A stretch of DNA of 42,564 nt from an uncultured Verrucomicrobiales bacterium (GTDB taxonomy: Bacteria > Verrucomicrobiota > Verrucomicrobiia > Verrucomicrobiales > DEV007). The translations under genes and the position numbers were made by a program. The notes beneath the pieces are model-generated. The model ran no database searches and was not told the DNA's origin. It worked only from the letters and a program-made list of their open reading frames with translations. Each line of letters opens with the position of its first letter. The stretch's first letter is position 1. Positions 29,242 to 38,210 of the stretch are shown here, one piece after another. The DNA lies in assembly GCA_938091905.1 (NCBI GenBank), contig CALKOM010000202.1, positions 1 through 42,564 on the forward strand. Reading direction: 5' to 3'.

Positions 29242-32200
29242 ATGGACACCTCTTCCAACATCCAATCTTCGGGCCTCACGGGGACCCAATACCTCCTTTG
29301 GATGGGGCAAAAGTTAAATCCTGACATTCCCCTTTACAATATGATTCTGACCTTCCGTTGGAAGGTCAGAATCGACGAGGCCCGCTTCGGTCAGGCTTGG
29401 CAGCGCCTCGTCGAGCAGAACGAGGCGTTGCGCTCCGTCATCCGGGAAGAGAATGGTCAACCGACTCAAGAGGTCTTGGCAGCAATGCCAGAATCTCTTC
29501 AGATCGTTGATCTATCCGCACGGCCAGCAGACCTTGCATCATGGATCGACGCTCAGCGTCAGCGAATCTTTGATGTCGAACGTTGCCTCTATCATTCGGC
29601 TCTCATTCGCTTAGGTGAAGATGACTACCTTTGGTACCTGAACCAGCACCATCTTTTCACCGACGGCTGGTCGTCCTCCGTTGTCTATCGTCGCCAGCTC
29701 GAATTCTACGAAGGTACCATCACAGAGACCTCGTTGCCACCGCAGTATGGCGACTATATTTCTTTTGAGCAAGCCAAGCGCAGAGGCGCGGCACAAACCG
29801 CCCAGCAATTCTGGGATAAGAAGCTTGCCCGCCATCACACGTCGCCCATCTCGCTCTACGGAAGACCGACTGGCAACCTGTCTCCGCGAACAACCCGTGT
29901 CGCACGGGAGCTGGGAACGGACCTCACTGAACGTCTCAAAGCACTGTCTTCTCAGAATGGCATTCTCACCTTGACGCCGAATCTGGCAATGTTCCAAATC
30001 TTTGCCACGACCCTGTTTGCATGGGTCCACCGTGCCAGTGGCATCGACAAGCTGGCTATTGGTGCTCCGTCGCACAATCGACCTTCCAAGAGTTTCAAGG
30101 AAACCATCGGTGTCTTCATTGAGATCTTTCCAATGCTCGCGGAGTTCGACGAAGAAGAGACTTTCATGAGCCTTTTCAAGAAGGTACTCAGCGAAACAAG
30201 CACCTTCCTCCGCCATGCTCAGCCAGGAGCCGGAAAGCCCGAGTACACTCGAGCCTTCCCTGTCTTTCTTAACTTCATACACGCTTCATTTCCAAACCTT
30301 GAAGGCGAGCCCGTGGATGTCGATTGGATTCACTCAGGCTACGGAGACAGCGACCATGCCTTGCGCTTGCAGGTTCACGACTTCACGAAGTCGGGAAACT
30401 TGTGTCTGCACTTTGACTTCAACGACGAACTCTTCCCTGACGACCTGAAAGCCTGGGCGTCCGAGCACTTTGTTCACCTGCTAGAAGCATTTACCCAGAA
30501 TCCAGACGCCAAGATCTCCGATGTCTTCCTTCTCGGAAGGGAAGAGCAGCAAGCGCTGTTGAAGAACTACAACACGACGAAGGCCAGGAGGCCAGACGCG
30601 TCTGTCTCCGTAGTCATACTCTTTCAGAGGGAGGCTGCCGCCCATCCTGACACCGTCGCCATTCGTGAAGGCGGGACCATCATGACCTATGCCGAGCTAA
30701 ACGCGTCCGTCGATCGCGTGGCGTCGGATCTCAGAGATCGCGGCATTGGGCGCGGCGACAAGGTCGGCCTCTGCCTGTCGCGATCCACCCGGGCCGTCAT
30801 CAGTTTGTTAGGTGTTCTCCGCGCAGGAGCTGCCTACGTACCGCTCGATCCAGCCTACCCGGCAGATCGCCTTCGCTTTATCTTGGAAGACATTGAGGCT
30901 CCGCTTCTCATCACGGAGGCTCGCCTGCAAGATCGACTTCCGCTCACTAAGACCCCGGCCATTCTCGTTGACGACGCCCTCCAGTCGACCGCGCCTTCCA
31001 ACCTACTTGGGGATCCCCAGTCAGAAGACATCGCCTACCTGATCTACACCTCAGGCTCCACCGGACAACCCAAGGGGGTTCTCGTTGATCATGGCGGTCT
31101 CTCACACTACGCGACATGGTCGCAAGATACCTACCTCGACGAAGAGTCGCTAGCCTTTCCACTCTTCTCCTCGCTCGCCTTCGATCTGACCATCACCTCT
31201 ATCTTCGTGCCGTTGATTTCTGGCGGTGAAATCGTGGTCTATCCAGAGGGAGATGGAGCCGTCGATTTGGCCGTGCTACAAGTCTTCGAGGACGATGCCG
31301 TCGACATTGTCAAACTCACGCCCTCACACTTAGCCCTCTTTAAGGACATCGCGCCAGGAGATCGTAGGATCCGCAAGATGATCTTGGGAGGCGAAGACCT
31401 TCGCACGGACTTGGCCAAAGAGATTACCAGCCGGTTCACGAGTGGCTTGGAGATCTACAATGAGTACGGTCCTACCGAGGCGGTGGTCGGCTGCATGATC
31501 CATCGCTATGACCCCGAATTAAACCAAGCAAGTTCGGTTCCAATTGGCAAACCAGCCGATGGCGTGCAGATCTACCTGCTTGATCACAACCAGCAGCCCG
31601 TGCCGAACGGTGTCGCCGGGGAGATGTACATTGCGGGAGACCGCTTAGCCCGGGGGTACTGGAATCGGCCTGAGCTTACAGCAGAGCGCTTTGTCAGTGT
31701 CCCGGAGTTGTGTGAAGGTCAACTCTATCGGACCGGCGATCTAGCACGCATGCAAGATCCCCAGACCATGACGTACCTCGGCAGGATCGATGATCAGGTG
31801 AAAGTCCGAGGCGTGCGTATCGAGCTCGGTGAGATTGAGTCACAGATGCAAGGGCATCCTCAGGTGGCTACCGCCGTGGTCGATCTCATCCAATTCGACG
31901 ATCCTACAGCAAGCCAAGATTCCCTCTTCCATTGCATTCGCTGCGGTCTTCCCTCAAACTTCCCAGAGGTCGACTACGACGACGATGGCGTTTGCCACCT
32001 CTGCCGCGAATACGCGACCTACGAGCACCACGTTTCCCAGTATTTCCAAGACCTCACAGCACTCAATGCCATCCTCGAGAAAGGCAGGGCTCGGAAACAA
32101 GGAGAATATGATTGCATGACCCTACTCAGTGGAGGCAAGGACAGCACCTACGTCGTCTATCAGCTTGTGAAGATGGGGTTCAAGGTGCTTGCCTTCACGT

Positions 32201-34734
32201 TAGACAATGGCTACATCTCGGATGGAGCGAAGGCCAACGTTAGGAAAGTCGTTGATGAGTTGGGCATCGATCACATTTTTGGTGAAACACCTGCCATGAA
32301 TGCGATCTTCGTAGACAGTTTGAAGCGTTTTAGCAATGTCTGTCAGGGCTGTTTCAAGGCACTCTACACGCTCAGCATGCAAGTCGCCCTTGAGAAAGGC
32401 ATTCCGACCATTGTCACTGGACTATCAAGGGGACAATTCTTTGAAACACGCCTCACGGCGGAATCCTTCTGTCAGCCTCAATTCGATGTCTCAGCAATCG
32501 ACGAGACCGTTCTCGATGCTCGCAAAGCCTATCATCGCATGGATGACGTGGTTGCACGCACCATGGACACCGAAGCGTTTCAGAACGATGACGTCTTCCA
32601 GCAGGTCGAGTTTGTCGATTTCTATCGATACTCCCAAGTGAGCCTGGACGACATGTATGCGTTTCTAGAAAACGACGCTCCCTGGATTCGCCCCGACGAT
32701 ACTGGACGTTCGACCAATTGTCTGATCAACGAAGCCGGCATTTATGTGCACAAGAAGGAGCGTGGCCACCACAACTATGCCCTGCCTTACAGCTGGGACG
32801 TCCGTCTCGGCCACAAGGAACGTGAGGCCGCCATGGAAGAGCTCGACGATCAAATCAACGTGCAGAACGTGCATCGTATTCTCAAAGAGATTGGCTATGA
32901 GACCGATCTCACGACCTATGAGCAAGGCGACAAACGTCTCGCAGGCTATTATGTCAGTGACAAGAAGCTTACGACCGAAGACTGGCATGCCTTCCTTGGA
33001 GACCAGTTGCCAGATTATCTGATCCCGTCCTATTTCGTTCAACTTCCAAAGCTCCCACTCACGGTCAATGGCAAGGTGGATCGCGCCCTCTTGCCACCTC
33101 CCATCGAACGACGACGTCCAGAGCTGCACCAAGTCTACACAGCTCCCGTCACAGACTTGGAAATGGCACTAGCTGAGATTTGGGCAGACGTTCTCAAAGT
33201 CGAACGCGTGGGGCTCGACGACAATTTCTTCGATCTTGGAGGCGACTCCATCATGAACATTCAGATCGTCGCACGATGTGCTCAGGCTAACATCGCCCTC
33301 ACAGCGAATCAGCTTTTCAAGAACCAGACCGTTCGGGATCTTGCCCACGTGGCCGATTGGAAGACCACGACCTCTCTAACTAAAGAAGCTGTCGTTCACC
33401 AGGCACCTTTCACGCCCATTCAGAATTGGTTCTTCCGCCAAGCCGGCCATTCCAACTTCTGGAATCACGAGCTTGTGCTGCAGGCCACCACCTCTTTGGA
33501 CACTGATAGACTTAAGAAAGCCCTCGTAGCCCTCACGGCCCGCCACCTCTCTCTAACCACGTCTTTCACCAACGAATACCAGCAGCTCACTGAGCATCGC
33601 TCCTCCCCCGAACTACTACAGGTGCAGTTGGCGGGGCCTTCAGAATTGGCGACCGCCTGCGCACCGGTCCACGAAAGTTTCAACATCGCCGAGGGGAAAC
33701 TTTTCGCCGCCGTTCTCGCTTCGTTTCAGGATGGAAATGCGGACTGTTTGGTCCTGATCGCGCACCATCTCGCGGTCGACGGCATTTCCTGGCAGGTCCT
33801 GACCACGGACCTTGAGGCCGCATACGCTGGAACCCTAGATGAAGTCACCACGTCTGCCAGTTACCTTCAGTGGGCGAGCCACCTGGGCAGCGTGACTTTT
33901 GAAAAAGAAATTCCATTCTGGAAAGGTCTTCTCGCGCAGCCAAGCGCAAGTCTGCCTGCCCCCAAGACACTACCTGTTCTCGGTGATATTGCTCAGCATC
34001 AGGAACAGCTCGCTGCCGAAGAGACTGACACCTTGCTCAACAAGACGCCGCAAGCCTATCACACTCAGATTCAAGACGCTCTCCTCACAGCACTGTGTCT
34101 ATCACTATCGGAAGTCTATGATTCTCCATATTGGACGATCGATGTCGAAGGACACGGACGCCAACACCCCCTCGATGACGCTCCAGCAATCCACGCGACC
34201 GTGGGTTGGTTCACCTCCATCTATCCCGTCCATCTCGAAGCGATAGGTAACAACGCGATCAGCACGCTAACCAAGACTAAAGAGTTCCTCCGCAGCATCC
34301 CAAATCAGGGCTTCGGCTTTGGATCACTCCGCGAAACTCGGGAGGACCTGCGGGACGCCCCTGCCCGGCAGATTCTCTTCAACTACCTCGGCCAACTTGA
34401 TGGCACACTCAGCACGAACACGTTTGCCTATCACAAACCGCTCTCGCTGCGGCGCGATCCTAGCCTGAAGGCCCCCTATCTCCTGGAGATCAATGCCTTC
34501 ACCCACGGAGGCCAGCTGAACGTAGCTCTGGACTTCGCACCCGATACTCTCTCAGCAGACACAGCGGCTTCTTTGTCTAACAAGTTTCTCTCGAAGCTCT
34601 GCGAGATCAACCAAGCCTGCGCGGCCAACGACCATTCGGCATTCACACCATCAGACTTTCCCTTAGCCAACCTTGACACCGACAAGCTCGGCAAGGTGGC
34701 CGCGCTGCTCAAGAAACCTAACGGCGGCTCCTAG
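29242..34734 (+). CDS. NRPS 1: C - A(Asn code; interrupted by a ~340 aa SGGKDS PP-loop domain) - T - E
   Basis: C: HHLFTDG. A: YTSGSTGQPKG, code DLTKIGEVGK. Insert: CIRC..CHLC..SGGKDS..CQGC. A10: PLTVNGKVDR. T: GGDSI. E: HHLAVDG, EGHGR, TVGWFTS, FNYLGQ, terminal TPSDF. Confidence 0.93.
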   Translation: MDTSSNIQSSGLTGTQYLLWMGQKLNPDIPLYNMILTFRWKVRIDEARFGQAWQRLVEQNEALRSVIREENGQPTQEVLAAMPESLQIVDLSARPADLASWIDAQRQRIFDVERCLYHSALIRLGEDDYLWYLNQHHLFTDGWSSSVVYRRQLEFYEGTITETSLPPQYGDYISFEQAKRRGAAQTAQQFWDKKLARHHTSPISLYGRPTGNLSPRTTRVARELGTDLTERLKALSSQNGILTLTPNLAMFQIFATTLFAWVHRASGIDKLAIGAPSHNRPSKSFKETIGVFIEIFPMLAEFDEEETFMSLFKKVLSETSTFLRHAQPGAGKPEYTRAFPVFLNFIHASFPNLEGEPVDVDWIHSGYGDSDHALRLQVHDFTKSGNLCLHFDFNDELFPDDLKAWASEHFVHLLEAFTQNPDAKISDVFLLGREEQQALLKNYNTTKARRPDASVSVVILFQREAAAHPDTVAIREGGTIMTYAELNASVDRVASDLRDRGIGRGDKVGLCLSRSTRAVISLLGVLRAGAAYVPLDPAYPADRLRFILEDIEAPLLITEARLQDRLPLTKTPAILVDDALQSTAPSNLLGDPQSEDIAYLIYTSGSTGQPKGVLVDHGGLSHYATWSQDTYLDEESLAFPLFSSLAFDLTITSIFVPLISGGEIVVYPEGDGAVDLAVLQVFEDDAVDIVKLTPSHLALFKDIAPGDRRIRKMILGGEDLRTDLAKEITSRFTSGLEIYNEYGPTEAVVGCMIHRYDPELNQASSVPIGKPADGVQIYLLDHNQQPVPNGVAGEMYIAGDRLARGYWNRPELTAERFVSVPELCEGQLYRTGDLARMQDPQTMTYLGRIDDQVKVRGVRIELGEIESQMQGHPQVATAVVDLIQFDDPTASQDSLFHCIRCGLPSNFPEVDYDDDGVCHLCREYATYEHHVSQYFQDLTALNAILEKGRARKQGEYDCMTLLSGGKDSTYVVYQLVKMGFKVLAFTLDNGYISDGAKANVRKVVDELGIDHIFGETPAMNAIFVDSLKRFSNVCQGCFKALYTLSMQVALEKGIPTIVTGLSRGQFFETRLTAESFCQPQFDVSAIDETVLDARKAYHRMDDVVARTMDTEAFQNDDVFQQVEFVDFYRYSQVSLDDMYAFLENDAPWIRPDDTGRSTNCLINEAGIYVHKKERGHHNYALPYSWDVRLGHKEREAAMEELDDQINVQNVHRILKEIGYETDLTTYEQGDKRLAGYYVSDKKLTTEDWHAFLGDQLPDYLIPSYFVQLPKLPLTVNGKVDRALLPPPIERRRPELHQVYTAPVTDLEMALAEIWADVLKVERVGLDDNFFDLGGDSIMNIQIVARCAQANIALTANQLFKNQTVRDLAHVADWKTTTSLTKEAVVHQAPFTPIQNWFFRQAGHSNFWNHELVLQATTSLDTDRLKKALVALTARHLSLTTSFTNEYQQLTEHRSSPELLQVQLAGPSELATACAPVHESFNIAEGKLFAAVLASFQDGNADCLVLIAHHLAVDGISWQVLTTDLEAAYAGTLDEVTTSASYLQWASHLGSVTFEKEIPFWKGLLAQPSASLPAPKTLPVLGDIAQHQEQLAAEETDTLLNKTPQAYHTQIQDALLTALCLSLSEVYDSPYWTIDVEGHGRQHPLDDAPAIHATVGWFTSIYPVHLEAIGNNAISTLTKTKEFLRSIPNQGFGFGSLRETREDLRDAPARQILFNYLGQLDGTLSTNTFAYHKPLSLRRDPSLKAPYLLEINAFTHGGQLNVALDFAPDTLSADTAASLSNKFLSKLCEINQACAANDHSAFTPSDFPLANLDTDKLGKVAALLKKPNGGS

Positions 34735-34739
34735 CCTCA

Positions 34740-37700
34740 ATGGAGAACGTCGAGAACATTTATCCGCTGTCGCCGGCCCAGGAAGGGATGCTCTTCCACA
34801 CCTTGGCTGAACCCAGGTCCGGTGTCTACGTGGAGCAGCTCAGTTGCCAACTCAACGGCTCACTCGACGTTGCTGAATTCCAGAAAGCCTGGCAGGCGAC
34901 CGTTGACGAACATGCCGTGCTGAGAACGGCGTTTCTCTGGGAAGGACTCGATGAGCCGTTGCAGGTCGTACACAAGGAGATCGACGTCAACGTCCGCGTC
35001 GTCGACAAGGCGATTGGCACTTTCCTAGCAGAAGATCGGAAACAAGGCTTCGATCTCACTGCCGCACCATGCCTGCGACTCACGCTCTTTCGAGAGTCCG
35101 CCACGACTCACACGTTTGTCTGGACTTTCCACCACCTGCTTTCCGATGGGTGGTCAACGCCACGTTTGCTACGCGACGTGTTTGATCGCCTCGGAGGCAA
35201 ACCGACGAACGTCACCAAGAATAGGCCCTATCACGAATACATCGCGTGGCTCCAACAGCAGGACGGCACCAAGTCTGAGTCCTTTTGGAAAGGCTATCTG
35301 TCAGGCTTCGACGCTCCTCTTGAACTTCCCATCAGGCGCCGATCAAGCGGCGAAGCCCAATACGCCCAACTCGAGCAACGCCTTCCGGCGCGAGAGTCCG
35401 CCGCGCTCGAAGAACGCTGCCGGCGCCTCCGAATCACCTCCAACACGCTCGTTCTAGGAGCGTGGGCCCTCACGCTTGCTCGCTACACGCAGCGGCAAGA
35501 TGTGCTCTTCGGCATGACTGTATCCGGTCGACCACCCTCATTACCCGGTGTCGAAACCATGATCGGCAATTTCATCAATTCGGTGCCCCTACGCACGAAA
35601 GTCGATGAAAACACCTCATTGGAAAAGTGGCTCGAAAAGTTGCAAGAAACCCAAGGCCAGCTCCGCGAGCACGAGCACGCCTCATTAGCTAAAGTACAAG
35701 GGTTGAGCGATATACCTCCCGGAGACGCGCTCTTCGAAACCTTGTTTGTCTACGAGAACTACCCAGCAGATGCGGAAGCTCTCTCTGCTCCTGGCCTCAC
35801 CGTTTCGAAGTTCGACTACAGAGAGCAAAGCAACTATCCCCTGGCCGCTCTCGCCGTGCCCGGCCAGCGACTTCGCTTGCTCTTCATCTACGACACCACA
35901 CAATTCGACGCCGTAGATGCCGAGGCACTACTTGGCCACTGGAAACAAGTCGTCGCTCAGTTATGCGCCTTGCCTATCGACTCGACACTCAGCGCCATCA
36001 ACGTACATACCAAGGAAGAAGAGGACCTACTGCGCGTGGATTGGAACGCTACCAAGATGACGATCGATGGCCCTGATACGGTGATAGAGTCTCTTGCCAG
36101 GGCCGCAAAGAAGAATCCCGCCGTACGCGCTCTTGCCTTAAACCGTGACACCATGAGCTATGCGGAGCTCGATCAGCAGTCGACTCAGAGAGCTTCCCAG
36201 CTCATCAATGCTGGCCTTCAGCAGGGCGAAATGGCTGCTATCATCGCCGGGCGCTCGTTCGATACCGTGGTCGCGATCCTCGCAGTGATGAAGACTGGAT
36301 GCGGGTACATCCCAATTGACCCGACCTATCCTGAAGAACGAATTCGCTATCTCGTCGGCGACTCGAAAGCTCGGCTCATTCTCTCGGATCGAGAACTCGA
36401 GTCTCCACACATTCGCATTGATCAGCCAGCACCAGCATCGAACGCTAAACTCCCCAAAGTTTCGCCAACCGATCCGGCCTACATGATCTACACTTCCGGC
36501 TCGACCGGAAAACCTCGAGGTGTCTTGGTTAGACACTCGCAGTTACGCGCGTCGACCTTTGCTCGCCATCACTACTACAAAGATCCAGTCAACGCCTTCC
36601 TCATGCTGTCGAGCTTCTCTTTCGATAGCTCTGTCGCGGGGTTATTCTGGACTCTGACGCAGGGAGGTTGCCTCTGCCTCCTCGATGACGACGCCCGCGC
36701 TGATCCAGGAGCCATGGTGCGCGCCATTCATCAACACGGCATCACCCATTTGCTAGGCATCCCATCACTCATTGATGCCTTTGCCGCGGATCACGCCCGT
36801 GCGGAGCTCGCATCTCTCAGGACCATTATCCTAGCTGGCGAAGACTGCCCTCCACACCTTCCCGCCCGCCTTATCCAAACCCTTCCAGAGACAAGAGTAT
36901 ATAACGAATACGGGCCGACAGAAGCAACCGTATGGTCCACCGTTCACGAGTGTCGTTCAGGCCCCATCCGCATCGGCAAACCGATCGCGAATACGCAAGC
37001 CTACGTGCTCGATCCTTATCGGCGCCTCGTTCCGATCGGAGTCCCCGGCGAACTCTATCTCGGAGGTGCCGGCATCACCGAAGGTTATTACGAACGTGAC
37101 GATCTTACCTCAGAGCGATTCCTAGCAGATCCCTTTCGACCGGCGAATGGAAATCGCCTTTATCGGACTGGCGACCGAGTCCGCTACCATCGAGATGGCA
37201 CTCTCGAGTTCCTCGGTCGCATGGACAATCAGGTCAAACACCGCGGCCATCGTATCGAACTTGGAGAGATTGAGCACGCCCTGCTCAATCAGCCAGGCAT
37301 CCGAGAAGCATGCGTGCTGCTCCAAGACTCGCACGTTGTGTCATCCTCAGCCCAGGATCTCGCCGCCGCACTCTCCGAGCTGCCTCCTGACAAAGCAGCA
37401 GCCCTCCTTTCCGAGATCAAACCTGAGAGAAAGCTTCGCCGCGAGAGATTTGAGATCACTCTAGAGATCGATGAAGACGTGGTCAGTCCACCGCGCTCCG
37501 AACAACGGGACTGGCTCATCAACCAGGCCATGAACGAACTGGCTGATGATCTCGACCACCTCGACCAGGTTGCCAAACGGTTTGCGCGAGGCGCTGGCAC
37601 AAACCTTACCGAGTACGACATCGCGCACAGTGAACTGAGTGACGATCAGATCATGGAAGACTGGCAGACCCCGATCATGAAGGCCATGGCACGACAGATC

Positions 37701-38210
37701 GCAGGCCCTGCCAATGACATTCTCGAAATCGGGTTTGGCCGGGGTATCTCCGCAAGCTTTCTCCAAAGTTTGGGTGTGAAATCCCACACCATCGTCGAGT
37801 CGAACGACTTCAGCGTGAACAACCATTTCAAACCATGGCGGGCCCGCCATCCGTCTAACGATATCACTCTGGTCCATTCCCGCTGGCAAGAGGCACAGGA
37901 CCAGTTGGACCGGTATGACGGCATCTTCTTTCATGCCTTTCCTCTGAACGAACAGGAGTTTATCGACACCGTGGTGAACAGTATCACGTTCGCCGAACAT
38001 TTCTTTCCCGTTGCGGCAGAGCTACTCCGGCCTGGCGGTTCGTTTGCCTACCTCACGACCGAAATCGATTCTCTCAGTCGCCGACACCAACGCGCCCTTC
38101 TAAAATTCTTCTCCTCCCTCACAGTCTCCGTAGAGAAATGTTCCCCACCGGCAGACACACGCGACACATGGTGGGCAGACTCCATGGTCATTCTTAAGGC
38201 AGTGAAATGA
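34740..38210 (+). CDS. NRPS 2: C(DCL-type) - A core (through motif A8) - GAMT/RMT2-like methyltransferase; lacks A9/A10 and T
   Basis: IYPLSPAQEGMLFH, HHLLSDGWS; YTSGSTGKPRG, YRTGD, GRMDNQVKHRGHRIELGEIE; C-terminal IMEDWQTPIM..ILEIGFGRG..HTIVESN..YDGIFF. Confidence 0.92.
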   Translation: MENVENIYPLSPAQEGMLFHTLAEPRSGVYVEQLSCQLNGSLDVAEFQKAWQATVDEHAVLRTAFLWEGLDEPLQVVHKEIDVNVRVVDKAIGTFLAEDRKQGFDLTAAPCLRLTLFRESATTHTFVWTFHHLLSDGWSTPRLLRDVFDRLGGKPTNVTKNRPYHEYIAWLQQQDGTKSESFWKGYLSGFDAPLELPIRRRSSGEAQYAQLEQRLPARESAALEERCRRLRITSNTLVLGAWALTLARYTQRQDVLFGMTVSGRPPSLPGVETMIGNFINSVPLRTKVDENTSLEKWLEKLQETQGQLREHEHASLAKVQGLSDIPPGDALFETLFVYENYPADAEALSAPGLTVSKFDYREQSNYPLAALAVPGQRLRLLFIYDTTQFDAVDAEALLGHWKQVVAQLCALPIDSTLSAINVHTKEEEDLLRVDWNATKMTIDGPDTVIESLARAAKKNPAVRALALNRDTMSYAELDQQSTQRASQLINAGLQQGEMAAIIAGRSFDTVVAILAVMKTGCGYIPIDPTYPEERIRYLVGDSKARLILSDRELESPHIRIDQPAPASNAKLPKVSPTDPAYMIYTSGSTGKPRGVLVRHSQLRASTFARHHYYKDPVNAFLMLSSFSFDSSVAGLFWTLTQGGCLCLLDDDARADPGAMVRAIHQHGITHLLGIPSLIDAFAADHARAELASLRTIILAGEDCPPHLPARLIQTLPETRVYNEYGPTEATVWSTVHECRSGPIRIGKPIANTQAYVLDPYRRLVPIGVPGELYLGGAGITEGYYERDDLTSERFLADPFRPANGNRLYRTGDRVRYHRDGTLEFLGRMDNQVKHRGHRIELGEIEHALLNQPGIREACVLLQDSHVVSSSAQDLAAALSELPPDKAAALLSEIKPERKLRRERFEITLEIDEDVVSPPRSEQRDWLINQAMNELADDLDHLDQVAKRFARGAGTNLTEYDIAHSELSDDQIMEDWQTPIMKAMARQIAGPANDILEIGFGRGISASFLQSLGVKSHTIVESNDFSVNNHFKPWRARHPSNDITLVHSRWQEAQDQLDRYDGIFFHAFPLNEQEFIDTVVNSITFAEHFFPVAAELLRPGGSFAYLTTEIDSLSRRHQRALLKFFSSLTVSVEKCSPPADTRDTWWADSMVILKAVK

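Noticed and set aside
31900..32925. Separate QueC or tRNA-thiolase gene fused by an assembly error
   Set aside because: The insert sits in frame exactly between A8 and A9 of an Asn-coded A domain, matching the AlbIV/CysH arrangement.
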